A stretch of DNA of 64,000 nt from Candidatus Dormiibacterota bacterium (GCA_963718525.1 OY970355.1:1608025-1672024); one strand, 5' to 3'; numbered from the stretch's first letter, positions 9,747-19,146 are shown. Notes: a model not told the origin generated them from the letters alone. Numbers and translations are program-made.

Positions 9747-10696
9747 CCTGGGCCCCATCGCGTGTCGTCGTGACCGGCGGCGCGGGATTCCTCGGGTCGC
9801 ACCTCGTCGACCGGCTGCTCGCCGCCGGCGCAGAGGTGATCTGTGTCGACAACCTGATCACCGGGAGCAGGCGCAACAACAGTCATCTCGTGGGAGATCC
9901 GCGCTTCTCGTTTCACGCCGAGGACGTCTCCGGCAGCTGGAGCGTCGACGGTCCGGTCGACGCGGTCCTCCATTTCGCCTCGCTTGCATCTCCCGTCGAT
10001 TACCTGCGCCATCCCCTGGAAACGCTGGAGGTGGGCACGCTCGGGACGCTGAACGCGCTTCGCATCGCCCAGGACAAGGGAGCTCGGTTCCTGCTCGCAT
10101 CCACCAGCGAGGTGTATGGCGACCCCCTCGTCCATCCCCAGCCCGAGACGTACTGGGGCAACGTCAACCCGGTGGGTCCGCGCAGCGTCTACGACGAGTC
10201 GAAGCGCGCTGCCGAAGCGTTTGCGATGGCATTCAGCCGTGCGCGCGGCGTCGAGGTACGCATCGCGCGCATCTTCAACACCTTTGGTCCACGAATGCGG
10301 GAGCAGGACGGTCGCGCCGTCCCGCAATTCGTGACGCAGGCGCTTGCGGGCACGCCGATCACGGTGTACGGCGATGGTTCGCAGACACGAAGCCTGTGTT
10401 ACGTCGACGACCTGATGGAGGGGTTGATGCGCCTCCTCGGCTCGGACTACCCGATGCCGGTCAACCTGGGCAATCCCCACGAGGTCACCATGCTCGAGCT
10501 CGCCGAGCTGGTGCGGGAGATATGCTCGAGCAAGTCGGTCATCGAGCTGCAGCCCCTGCCTGTGGACGATCCCAAACGACGCTGCCCCGACGTGACGGTG
10601 GCTCGGCGTGAGCTTGACTGGCAGGCGGCCGTCTCGCTCGACGACGGCCTGCGTCGCACGGTGTCGTGGTGGTGCGGCGAGCGCGTCCCCGACTGA
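9743..10696 (+). CDS. uxs: UDP-glucuronate decarboxylase (UDP-xylose synthase)
   Basis: 317 aa with an ATGA overlap to ugd. [19 protein letters not shown]...[10 protein letters not shown]...YDESKRAAE..., which is typical of the UXS/ArnA-C-terminal SDR type. Confidence 0.88.
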   Translation: MTWAPSRVVVTGGAGFLGSHLVDRLLAAGAEVICVDNLITGSRRNNSHLVGDPRFSFHAEDVSGSWSVDGPVDAVLHFASLASPVDYLRHPLETLEVGTLGTLNALRIAQDKGARFLLASTSEVYGDPLVHPQPETYWGNVNPVGPRSVYDESKRAAEAFAMAFSRARGVEVRIARIFNTFGPRMREQDGRAVPQFVTQALAGTPITVYGDGSQTRSLCYVDDLMEGLMRLLGSDYPMPVNLGNPHEVTMLELAELVREICSSKSVIELQPLPVDDPKRRCPDVTVARRELDWQAAVSLDDGLRRTVSWWCGERVPD

Positions 10697-10699
10697 AGG

Positions 10700-11362
10700 T
10701 CACGATGCTGCGGATGCCGCGTCGGGCGCAGGCTTCCGAGCGACGGTTACGGTGTCGAATGCGATGGTCAGGGGGTATCCGATCGTCGCCTTGACCCGGT
10801 TGAGCGCACGCCCCCGCGGGCCTCGCCCGGCGTCATATGACTTGCCCGGGTACCACGCGCGCGGTCGTGGTTCAAGGCTGTCGAAGAGCGACAGCTCGAC
10901 GACGAGCCCCACGTCCTCGCAGAGCGCGCGCATGCCATCCGGGTAGATGCGCCAGCAGTCGATCGGCGCCTCGTGGTACGGCCAGCTCACCGGGTTGACC
11001 GTCAACACCAGGCCGCCCGGCTTGCAAACGCGTGCCAGCTCGCGAACCCAGCGCCATGGCTTGCGGACGTGCTCGATCACCTGTCCGGAGACGACGATGT
11101 CGAAGGTCGCGTCGGCCGCCTCGATCTCGTACTCGGACGTCATCCGGTAGGTCAGCTGGTTGCCGCTCCCGGTTCCCCACAGGCGTCCGCCGTGTGCGTC
11201 GACCTCGGTTGCCAGGTCGGCGGTCGACCAGGTCACCGGCACAGTGACCTCGCGTTGATACGTCGAGGGGTCGCCATCCGGGCCAAGTTCGAGCACATGG
11301 CTGCCTGAGGTGAACAGTGGCAGCAGGTGCCGGCGGAATATGAGCACGCTGTTCAGGTGCAT
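10700..11362 (-). CDS. class I SAM-dependent methyltransferase
   Basis: 220 aa. VLELGPDG...FDIVVSGQVIEHVRKPWRWVRELARVCKPGGLVLTV. Confidence 0.85.
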   Translation of the reverse strand: MHLNSVLIFRRHLLPLFTSGSHVLELGPDGDPSTYQREVTVPVTWSTADLATEVDAHGGRLWGTGSGNQLTYRMTSEYEIEAADATFDIVVSGQVIEHVRKPWRWVRELARVCKPGGLVLTVNPVSWPYHEAPIDCWRIYPDGMRALCEDVGLVVELSLFDSLEPRPRAWYPGKSYDAGRGPRGRALNRVKATIGYPLTIAFDTVTVARKPAPDAASAAS

Positions 11363-12660
11363 GCGCGATGTGCTCCGGGACCCGGCCCTGCGTCGCGGCC
11401 ACGGACGGCACGGGATCCTCGACGACGCCGGCGCTCGAGCAGTGACGCGTACAGGCGCCGGTACGCGTCGACGAACCGTTGGGGTGTGTACGTCGCCTCA
11501 TATCGAGCGCGTCCGGCTTTGCCCATCGCGGCGCGCTCATGCGCGTCACCAAGCACATGCGCGAGCGCTTCGGCGAGAGCTGCAGAGTTGCCGGGGGGAA
11601 CCAGGCGGCCCGTCTCCCCGTCGACGACCTGCTCGGGAATGCCCGCCACGCTGCTTGCCACGACGGGACGTCCGGCGGCCATCGCATCCAGGATGACGAT
11701 GGGCATGTCCTCGTGACTGATGGAAGGAAGCACGATGACGTCAGCGGCGTCATACAGCGACCAGCGATCATCGCGTTGACCGAGAAACTGCACGCTGCCG
11801 GTGAGCCCCGTCGCCGCTCTCTGCGCTTCCAGCGCAGCCTGTTCAGGGCCGGTGCCGGCCACCAGGACGGACACGTGATCACGGATGTGTTGCGGAAGCT
11901 GCGTCACGGCATCAAGCAGGTAGGTGAGCCCCTTTCGCTTCTCGAGCCGTGCCATCACCAGCACGATCAGGCGGTCGCTCGAGAGTCCCAGGTCGTTTCG
12001 GGTGCGCTCACGAGTTGCGGTGGCCACGCCTGACTCGGTGGCGTTGGGGATCACCGTGTGCCGGCTGTCGGCGAGTTGCAGCACGGAGGCGAGGGCGCTC
12101 GACGCGACCGTCGATGCCGTTACGAACGCGTCGACCGAGCGTACCACCAGCCGGTCGACGGGGTAGTCGAGCACGCGACTCGGCCGGTTGTACGGGATCG
12201 CGATGTTGTTCACCACGTACACAACCACTGGAACGCGAGCGGCCCGAGCCGCAATTGCGGCGGCACTGCACGAGATCGCTCCGGGATATCCACCATTGTT
12301 GATGTGAACAACATCGGGCTTCTCGTTGCGAAACGCCGCGTACATGCGGCCGATGTCCCAGGCCATGCACAGCTGCCTGAGCGGCAGCAGTGACACGCCG
12401 CCGCGAAGCGCCCTGGCAACTCGGGCAGAGCGGCCGCGAGACAGCGCCTGCTTCAGGTCGGCTGGATCCGGAAGCCGAAGCCGTGTGGCTCTGATGCCGG
12501 ATATCGCCTGGGCGTGCAGGCCGGCCTCGTACTCTGACCCGGCTCGATACGTGAAGATCGGCTCAACATCGCCACCTTCGAAAGCGGCTTTGAGGTGGAC
12601 GAGCAGCGCGATCTCGCTGCCCCCGAACCAGTAGCAATCAGTGTGGTAGTGAACGCGCAT
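11353..12660 (-). CDS. glycosyltransferase family 4 (GT-B)
   Basis: 435 aa from ATG 12658-12660. C-terminal GT1/GT4 block VLPSISHEDMPIVILDAMAAGRPVVASSVAGIPEQVVDGETGRLVPPGN. Paralogous to the GT4 at 16267-17283. Confidence 0.9.
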   Translation of the reverse strand: MRVHYHTDCYWFGGSEIALLVHLKAAFEGGDVEPIFTYRAGSEYEAGLHAQAISGIRATRLRLPDPADLKQALSRGRSARVARALRGGVSLLPLRQLCMAWDIGRMYAAFRNEKPDVVHINNGGYPGAISCSAAAIAARAARVPVVVYVVNNIAIPYNRPSRVLDYPVDRLVVRSVDAFVTASTVASSALASVLQLADSRHTVIPNATESGVATATRERTRNDLGLSSDRLIVLVMARLEKRKGLTYLLDAVTQLPQHIRDHVSVLVAGTGPEQAALEAQRAATGLTGSVQFLGQRDDRWSLYDAADVIVLPSISHEDMPIVILDAMAAGRPVVASSVAGIPEQVVDGETGRLVPPGNSAALAEALAHVLGDAHERAAMGKAGRARYEATYTPQRFVDAYRRLYASLLERRRRRGSRAVRGRDAGPGPGAHRACT

Positions 12661-12682
12661 CACGCCTAGGTTGCCTCTCGGA

Positions 12683-13489
12683 TCAGCCTGCCCTGCGCAG
12701 CACAAAGTGGGTCAGGTGCGCGGGGCGGCGCGACGGCTGCTTGTAGCTGCTCAGCCCGGTCCGAATCACCCGGTATGACCAGCGCGTCTGCCTGAACGCC
12801 GATCGCCACTGGTTGAACGAGTAGACGATGTCACCGAGATACGGGTCGTAGAGAATCCCACTGCTGGAGATGGACGGGGACCAGGCAACGTAGCGACCCC
12901 GAACGGATTTGAGCGCGATGTCCATGCCGATGCGAGTCATCTTGTACAGGTATCGACCGGTCTCGAGCGGGGTTTCATTGAGCAGCACCATCGCACCCGA
13001 CGGCTTGACAACGCGGCGGCATTCGTCAAGAACGTCGGTCAGGCGCGGGGCGTGGTGGAGCGCGGAGCTTGCGACGATCAGGTCGTAGGTTCCGTCCTCG
13101 ACGAGCAATGGCGTGAACAGGGCGCGGATGGGCCGGATCTTGGATGCGACGCCGCCCATTCGCTCGACCACACCCGGAAGCATCATCTCGAGATTGCTCC
13201 GGCTCGAATCGAGCGCATCGATGCTCGCAACCTCGTCGAATCTCGACAGGTACGCTGCGAGCCAGCCCGTGCCGGCCGCGAGGTCGAGCACACGGATTCC
13301 ATGCCCGCGCATCAGAGTTCGCCACGGCACGAATTCGAGTGCGTCGAGAAAGTTCCACTCGTGCGTGACGGCATTGACCTGCTTCTCCGGGTCGCTCCAT
13401 ACTTCGGCGTGTTGCGGATAGAAGCGTGCGATGGCTGTCTCCCAGCTGCTCGCTTCACTGTCGGCCTGTTGCGCTATCCAGTCATCCAC
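12683..13489 (-). CDS. class I SAM-dependent methyltransferase
   Basis: VLDLAAGTGWLAAYL...YDLIVASSALHHAPRLTDVLDECRRVVKPSGAMVLLNE. I prefer the GTG start at 13489, which has a GGAGGA 11 nt upstream. The ORF is open to ATG 13582, but that start would overlap the divergent gene and its first 31 codons have lower GC3. Confidence 0.75.
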   Translation of the reverse strand: MDDWIAQQADSEASSWETAIARFYPQHAEVWSDPEKQVNAVTHEWNFLDALEFVPWRTLMRGHGIRVLDLAAGTGWLAAYLSRFDEVASIDALDSSRSNLEMMLPGVVERMGGVASKIRPIRALFTPLLVEDGTYDLIVASSALHHAPRLTDVLDECRRVVKPSGAMVLLNETPLETGRYLYKMTRIGMDIALKSVRGRYVAWSPSISSSGILYDPYLGDIVYSFNQWRSAFRQTRWSYRVIRTGLSSYKQPSRRPAHLTHFVLRRAG

Positions 13490-13565
13490 CGATGCGTCGG
13501 TCCTCCATCGAGATGGCGACGAGCACGCACTGCGCCCGTTCGTTTTCAGGTTAGCATTCGATGCA

Positions 13566-15347
13566 ATGGCCGTACCCGCCATCTTCGTTCACGACGCTGG
13601 CGATTCCCGGCTCACGGATCCCGGAAGTGTGGTCGCGCTCACGGCGACAGCCTTCGAGGCATGCTGCCGCGCCGGCCGGACGCCTGCGGTGCTGGCTGAT
13701 TACACGCAGCAGCCCGAGCTCTGCCGCAATCCCGACGCGTATCAGCGCTGGCAGATGGACTGGCTTGTACGTCTCGATGAGGCCTGCGGGCTCGGCGGCG
13801 TTGCTCGCTCGTGCGCGCAGCTGATCGTGCCGTCGGTCAACTCACTAGTGGTGACCGCGCGAATGCTGGCGGAAGCAGTCGACGCGCTCGCGCCGGACTC
13901 GATCACATACGTGGGCAGGGTCGGTCCGGTGGAAGCGACCGGTTACCACAATGGCCATCTGCAGTTCTGGCCGAGCCTCGGCGACGTCCCACTTGCGAGC
14001 CGCCTGCTGCCGTTGATAGCCGCAGCCCGGGGGTTGCGCTTTACGGCGTCCTCGGCGGGGGTAGTGCAGCCCGCGGCAATATCGACGGCGCCGCTGGCCG
14101 CCCGCCTCCGCCGCGCGCTGTCGCGCTCGCTTGGACCGTATCGCCGCGTCTATCGCGCGCACGGCGGCGGACAAGCCGGTCGCACCACGACACTGATGAC
14201 GTGGTACGCGGGCTACGGTGCAGAGCAATTCGCGGCCGATGAGCACACCACCGGACGCGACACCGCGTTCATCACGCGAGGTGCCACGTCGTTCCGGATC
14301 CTCGACCCCGGACTCCCGCCGCACCACGCACCGAGTCGTCGCATCGATCTGACGGTCCGGCCCGTGAGCGAGATTGCTCCCGCAGCAGCGGCGTTGCTCG
14401 CTGAGCTGGACGAATGGACGGAAGTCCCCGGTGCCGCACGCTTGCTCACGACCCGGCTGGCGGTCTACCTGCAGGGCATCTGCGTCGCGGTGTCGCGTGC
14501 CGTGCCTCGAGTACGCCGAGAGTTCGCGCGTTTCCGAGTCAGCCGGCTCGCGGCCGCGAATCCGAGCTCGCCCGAGGAGTTTGCCTGCCTGATAGCAGCG
14601 AAATCCGCCGGCATCCCTCGCGTGCTGGTGCAGCACGGTGACCATCTCCTCTCGTACGCATCGTGGTTGGTCACGCAGACGGTGGACTTCGACGAGTTTG
14701 CGGCGAGTGACCCCACCATGGAGGAGGAGTTCAACGCGGCTGCGGGCCGCCTCGGTGTTGTTGCCCCGAGGGTGACGTACTACGCACCCCGGATCGCCTC
14801 GCTTCCCAAGGGGTCGCAGCCGCGACACGCTGCGTCGGAAGCTGGGCGAGCGATCTGCTATGTGCCCTCGTTTCTCCTCGGCAACTCGAGATACGTCGGA
14901 GGGTGCAATTTCGACGATGCCTGGTACCACCGCTGGCATCTCCAGATCCTCGACCTGATGTGCTCGAGACCCGATCTCCGATTCATCTGGAAGGGGCTGC
15001 CGTCGAGCGACCAGGCCGTCGATCCCATACCCGCGCTCATCGCCGAGCGCAACGCCAGCAACATCGTTTTCGAAACGCGCCCGTTCATTGAGGTCATCGG
15101 CGAGGTGGCCCGGGTCTTCACCAACTCTCTGAGCACTGCGTTGTACGAGACGGTGCACATGGGTAAGCCGTTGCTGGCATTGACGTTCACGCGCTTCTGC
15201 GTGATTCGACCGTCGGCGGCCGGGCGCTTCGCGCCGGTGCTCCGTGCGTGTGATACGGAGCAGGAGGCGCTTGCGCGGCTCACCGAGTTTCTGGACGCGG
15301 ACCCCGACGCGTGGACGCTCCCGAAGAGCAGCCTGACTATTCCTTGA
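13566..15347 (+). CDS. hypothetical protein; C-terminal half resembles GT-B TagF/KpsS-type transferases
   Basis: 593 aa from ATG 13566. Blocks RVLVQHGDHL, AICYVPSF, RFIWKGLP and VFTNSLSTALYETVHMGKPLLAL recall the WHG / YaPT / ...S.. E...GKP pattern of TagF and capsule-synthesis GT-B enzymes. I could not place it in a confident family. Confidence 0.65.
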   Translation: MAVPAIFVHDAGDSRLTDPGSVVALTATAFEACCRAGRTPAVLADYTQQPELCRNPDAYQRWQMDWLVRLDEACGLGGVARSCAQLIVPSVNSLVVTARMLAEAVDALAPDSITYVGRVGPVEATGYHNGHLQFWPSLGDVPLASRLLPLIAAARGLRFTASSAGVVQPAAISTAPLAARLRRALSRSLGPYRRVYRAHGGGQAGRTTTLMTWYAGYGAEQFAADEHTTGRDTAFITRGATSFRILDPGLPPHHAPSRRIDLTVRPVSEIAPAAAALLAELDEWTEVPGAARLLTTRLAVYLQGICVAVSRAVPRVRREFARFRVSRLAAANPSSPEEFACLIAAKSAGIPRVLVQHGDHLLSYASWLVTQTVDFDEFAASDPTMEEEFNAAAGRLGVVAPRVTYYAPRIASLPKGSQPRHAASEAGRAICYVPSFLLGNSRYVGGCNFDDAWYHRWHLQILDLMCSRPDLRFIWKGLPSSDQAVDPIPALIAERNASNIVFETRPFIEVIGEVARVFTNSLSTALYETVHMGKPLLALTFTRFCVIRPSAAGRFAPVLRACDTEQEALARLTEFLDADPDAWTLPKSSLTIP

Positions 15348-15867
15348 TCACGCGGAGCACGAATGTCAGCTCGTCGAGCGGAAGCAGTGACGAGACGTGC
15401 TGCTCGTAGCGTTCCGGCCAGCGGTTCGCGGCACGCGCCAGCATGCCGCGCATTCCCGTGGCCGGGAAACGCTCGTTGAACGTCGCGCGCTCCACCGAGA
15501 ATCGTGCGCTCGAATAACGGTACTGATTGAAGAAGACATGGCCCGGATCGAAGTACCCAAGCGAGTCGAGCGCAAAGGCATGGCGGTGGGTGGGATCGAC
15601 CGCGGCCCAGCGCGAGCGGAAGTACGGGACGTCGATGCGCACCAGACAACCGGGTTTGCCGATCCGGTGGATCTCCTCGAGGGTAGCGACAACGTTGTCG
15701 AGGTGCTCGAGCACATTGTCGAGATAGATCTCGTCGGCTGTTGATGCCTCGAAGGGATAGGGGCGAACATCGAGGTCGTGAATCACGTCGGCGCCGGAAG
15801 CCGGATTGATGTCGACCCCGATGGCGCCGGGCCGCTTCTTCGAGCCACAGCCGAGATCGAGAATCAT
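15337..15867 (-). CDS. class I SAM-dependent methyltransferase (small, Methyltransf_11-like)
   Basis: 176 aa. MILDLGCGSKKRPGAIGVD...DNVLEHLDNVVATLEEIHRIGKPGCLVRIDVP. Confidence 0.85.
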   Translation of the reverse strand: MILDLGCGSKKRPGAIGVDINPASGADVIHDLDVRPYPFEASTADEIYLDNVLEHLDNVVATLEEIHRIGKPGCLVRIDVPYFRSRWAAVDPTHRHAFALDSLGYFDPGHVFFNQYRYSSARFSVERATFNERFPATGMRGMLARAANRWPERYEQHVSSLLPLDELTFVLRVIKE

Positions 15868-15902
15868 TCGAGACCGCCGGTCACCGGGGCGGACTTGCCA
15901 TC

Positions 15903-16266
15903 ATGGCCGCCGATGAGCACTGCGGCGTGAACGGCGCGCACCGGCGTGCTGACGGCTCGGCGAGGATCCGGATCGGCTTCTACAGCCATGCTTCTCGCAT
16001 AGGCGGCGCTGAGACCTACGTTCGCGACGTGGTGCGCGGGATCGACACCGATGTCTTTGACGTACACGTCTTCGTTCCCCCATGGCGGGAGTTCATCGAT
16101 TTCCTGGGCATTCGTGAGCGGCGAGATCTGCACTTGCACGTGGTGAGGATAGTCGAGCCTGCAACCGCGTTTCCCGTACCGAGATCGGGAGCCGCTGTCG
16201 CGCCACGTCATCCCAGCTTCGGCACCGAGTTCGACTCCGTCGAGGATCCGCAGCCTCGCGCTTGCC
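15903..16266 (+). pseudogene. out-of-frame N-terminal segment of the downstream GT4 glycosyltransferase
   Basis: Frame-0 translation RIRIGFYSHASRIGGAETYVRDVVRGIDTDVFDVHVFV parallels the N-terminus of the paralogue (RVHYHTDCYWFGGSEIALLVHLKAAFEGGDVEPIFTY). The downstream GT4 ORF is in frame +1. Span 15903-17283 is 1381 nt (3n+1). Confidence 0.5.
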
Positions 16267-17283
16267 ATGCGTCTTCCGCCCTCGGCGTTGCGGCTCGGGC
16301 ACGATGCCCTGCGCTACGCGAGCCTCCCGGTGAACCGTCCCCGGCTCGAAGGCGCGTTCAAACGGTATGACCTGGACATCCTCCATGCCATCAACGGCGG
16401 CTATCCGGGAGCAACGAGCGCTCTCGCCGCGGTGCTTGCGGGGCGGACGACCGCCAGACACCGCATCATGACCGTCTGCAGTACGGCCATGCCCCGAAGC
16501 ATCCTGGAGCCGGTGGAGCGGCGCGTTGATCGAAGCCTGGCCGCCTCCCTCGACGCCGTGGTGGTACCGGCCGAACGGCCGGCAGGCGCGATGACGGCAC
16601 GCGGCTTTCCTCGAGAGATCATGGAGATCATCCCGTGGGGAGCGCGGTCCATCCCATACGACGTCGACGCCGATGCCCGCAGACGGCTGGGACTTCCGGA
16701 GACGGCACCGGTGATCGTCTGCCTGGCGAACTTCACTCCCACCAAGGGGCAGGCAGTGATCGTCGACGCGATGGCAGTCCTTACGGAGCGATTTCCCGGG
16801 ATCCGGGCGGTCCTTGCCGGGGATGGTCCCGAGCTGGCGGCCCTGCGCAAGCGCGCTGCCGCCCACGGGGTCGCAGGCAGCGTGCTGTTCCCCGGGTCCT
16901 TCAAGGAGCCATGGGATCTCCTCCGAGCGGCGGACGTGTTCGTGCTGGCCTCGGAGATCGAAGGCCTCCCGCTGGTGGTCCTCGAAGCCATGAGCCAGGG
17001 AGTGCCGGTCGTGGCGACGGACGTCGGCGGGATGCCTGAGGCAGTCATCGACGGCGTGACCGGGTTGCTCGTGTCACCTGGCGACCCGGCAGCCCTGGCC
17101 GCTGCGATCACAAGTATCCTGAGTGACCCCGCCGTGGCGTTGCGGATGCGACACGCCGCACTGGCTCGATTCGAGCAGCGATTCACCATGGAGCGAATGC
17201 TCGAATCTCACGCCGATCTCTACCACAGGCTCACGGGGAGCAGCGCCGGACCGCGGTCGCCGCGCCTAGACTGCCCCGGATGA
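16267..17283 (+). CDS. glycosyltransferase family 4 (lacks about 90 N-terminal residues in this frame)
   Basis: 338 aa. DILHAINGGYPGATSAL... and VLASEIEGLPLVVLEAMSQGVPVVATDVGGMPEAVIDGVTGLLVSPGD. Confidence 0.85.
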   Translation: MRLPPSALRLGHDALRYASLPVNRPRLEGAFKRYDLDILHAINGGYPGATSALAAVLAGRTTARHRIMTVCSTAMPRSILEPVERRVDRSLAASLDAVVVPAERPAGAMTARGFPREIMEIIPWGARSIPYDVDADARRRLGLPETAPVIVCLANFTPTKGQAVIVDAMAVLTERFPGIRAVLAGDGPELAALRKRAAAHGVAGSVLFPGSFKEPWDLLRAADVFVLASEIEGLPLVVLEAMSQGVPVVATDVGGMPEAVIDGVTGLLVSPGDPAALAAAITSILSDPAVALRMRHAALARFEQRFTMERMLESHADLYHRLTGSSAGPRSPRLDCPG

Positions 17284-18113
17284 GCTCGATCCCCGAACCG
17301 GACGCAGCAGCGACCGTCGAGGCCGCTGCTGCCCACGAAACGCACTGGGCCGCGTATGACGCGGCGGGCATCCAACGGCTGCTCGCGGTCGAGGATCGCC
17401 ACTTCTGGTTTCGTGCACGCAATCGCATCATCGCCGCATTGGTGAGCGACCCGATCAACAGCCTGCCCGACGGATTTCGGGTTCTCGAGGTGGGGTGCGG
17501 GAGCGGCAACGTCCTCCGGGTGCTCCAGCACGCCGCTGTCGGCCGGGGCAGCGTCGAAGGCTTGGAGGTGAGCGTTCCCGCATCCGAGGCCGCGCGCAAG
17601 CGGACCGGGCTGACCGTCACCAATGGACATCTCGCGGATCTTCGAAGCCCGGAGCCGTTCGATCTCATCGCCGCCTTCGACGTCCTGGAGCACATCAGCG
17701 ACGAGGCCGGGGTGCTGGGTCAGATGCACGCCCGACTCAAGCCCGGCGGCCGTCTCGTCCTCACGGTACCCGCACATCCGAAGCTGTGGAGCGCCTTCGA
17801 TGAGGCCTCCGAGCACATGCGGCGCTATACCCGGTCGAGCCTGACGGCGGCGCTGAGATCGTCCGGTTTCGACATCGAATATCTCAGCTACTTCATGTTC
17901 CTGCTCTACGCGCCCATGCTGCTGCGCCGTCGCCTGTCACTCAGGGGCCGGAACGATTTCGCGGGTGTGTTCGACTCGGAGTTCCAGGTGATTCCAGGGA
18001 TCAACGAGGTGGCCTACCAGGTGTTGCGTCGTGAGGCTTACATGATCAAACGCAGGCGGAGGCTTCCCATCGGCACCTCGCTGGCGGTGATTGCGCGCCC
18101 CCGAAAGCGTTGA
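17280..18113 (+). CDS. class I SAM-dependent methyltransferase
   Basis: 277 aa with an ATGA overlap to the GT4. VLEVGCGSGNVLRVL...FDLIAAFDVLEHISDEAGVLGQMHARLKPGGRLVLTVPAH. Confidence 0.9.
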   Translation: MSSIPEPDAAATVEAAAAHETHWAAYDAAGIQRLLAVEDRHFWFRARNRIIAALVSDPINSLPDGFRVLEVGCGSGNVLRVLQHAAVGRGSVEGLEVSVPASEAARKRTGLTVTNGHLADLRSPEPFDLIAAFDVLEHISDEAGVLGQMHARLKPGGRLVLTVPAHPKLWSAFDEASEHMRRYTRSSLTAALRSSGFDIEYLSYFMFLLYAPMLLRRRLSLRGRNDFAGVFDSEFQVIPGINEVAYQVLRREAYMIKRRRRLPIGTSLAVIARPRKR

Positions 18114-18129
18114 TGCGCAAGCCGTGGTC

Positions 18130-19146
18130 TCAGGAGGTCAGGATCTCGCTCGGAGCGGTCGCGCGGCCACGCAGCGTCTTGGAGTATGCGTCGGCGGTGA
18201 GCGCGAGCCCGCGGGCAAAGTCGGTCGGTTCATAGGGCATGAATGACCTCAGCCGGGTGACATCGAGGATCACGCCACGCACATCGAAATCGCGCTGCGG
18301 GGCCCAGTCGATGTGCGCCGGCCTGCCGGCCGCGTCGCTGATCGCTCGCACGATCTCGAGAACGGTGAGACCACGCCCGGAGCCGAGGTTGACGACCCCG
18401 ACATCGAGTCCATCGAGGACGATTCGTGCCACGACATTCGCGACGTCGGCAACGAAGACGTAGTCGCGGAGCGCTGACCCGTCGCCGAAGATGCGAATCG
18501 GCATGTCCCGGCTGATTCGGTCGAGGAAGATCGCCACTGCCCCCTGATCCCTGTCGTGTGCCTGATTGGGGCCGTACACGTTGGCGCAGCGGACGACATG
18601 CAGGGTGGCACCCCACCTCCGCGCATACATCTGCGCGTAGCCTTCCGCAGCCAGATGTGATGCTCCGTACGGGGAGATCGGTCGCGTCGCATCCGATTCG
18701 CTCACCGGAAGACGGATGGGATCACCGTACACGGCGCCACCGGACGATATGTAGGTGAGCGAAACGTGGGGCCGGTCACGGAGCGCTTCCAGCACGGCGA
18801 GCAATGGCAGCAACATCCCCGTCGCCGCCTCGAGTGGATTCGCCTCGGCGGACGGAGGCGTGAGCCCGCCCGCGGCGAAGATGACGTGATCCACGTCGCG
18901 CATTGCGTCTGCGATGACGCCGGGTGCACGCGCATCAGCCACGACCATTCGGGCACCATCGGCGTTCCCGGCTTCCGTGCGCCACGTGCGTGAGCGGGTC
19001 AGCCCCGTGACGCTGACTCGCTCGGCGAGCAACGTGCTGCCGATGGAGGCGCCGAGGAAGCCCCAGCCGACGACCAGGACGCGCGGCGCGGCCTTCCCCG
19101 ATCCTGCCATCGGGGGAGTATAGCCTCGGCCCGTCAGGTGGTTCAC
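18130..19146 (-). CDS. NAD-dependent epimerase/dehydratase (extended SDR)
   Basis: 338 aa. The GTG start forms a GTGA overlap with the upstream GT2 stop. Rossmann motif VLVVGWGFLGASIG. The active-site region reads SPYGASHLAAE, so the usual YxxxK lysine is His here. Confidence 0.88.
   Translation of the reverse strand: MNHLTGRGYTPPMAGSGKAAPRVLVVGWGFLGASIGSTLLAERVSVTGLTRSRTWRTEAGNADGARMVVADARAPGVIADAMRDVDHVIFAAGGLTPPSAEANPLEAATGMLLPLLAVLEALRDRPHVSLTYISSGGAVYGDPIRLPVSESDATRPISPYGASHLAAEGYAQMYARRWGATLHVVRCANVYGPNQAHDRDQGAVAIFLDRISRDMPIRIFGDGSALRDYVFVADVANVVARIVLDGLDVGVVNLGSGRGLTVLEIVRAISDAAGRPAHIDWAPQRDFDVRGVILDVTRLRSFMPYEPTDFARGLALTADAYSKTLRGRATAPSEILTS

Noticed and set aside
8112-9758. 548-aa minus-strand ORF covering the whole ugd gene
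   Set aside because: It is the codon-complementary shadow of a clearly identifiable UDP-glucose dehydrogenase. The translation is Arg/Gly/His/Asp-rich with no motifs, which is typical of a high-GC antisense ORF.
15864-16268. 134-aa minus-strand ORF with an ATGA overlap to the downstream methyltransferase, at first sight a coupled gene
   Set aside because: It lies exactly in the shadow frame of the plus-strand GT4 N-terminal segment, which has a recognisable paralogue, and it has no motif of its own. This is not fully excluded. A BLASTP hit to a conserved family would reverse the call.
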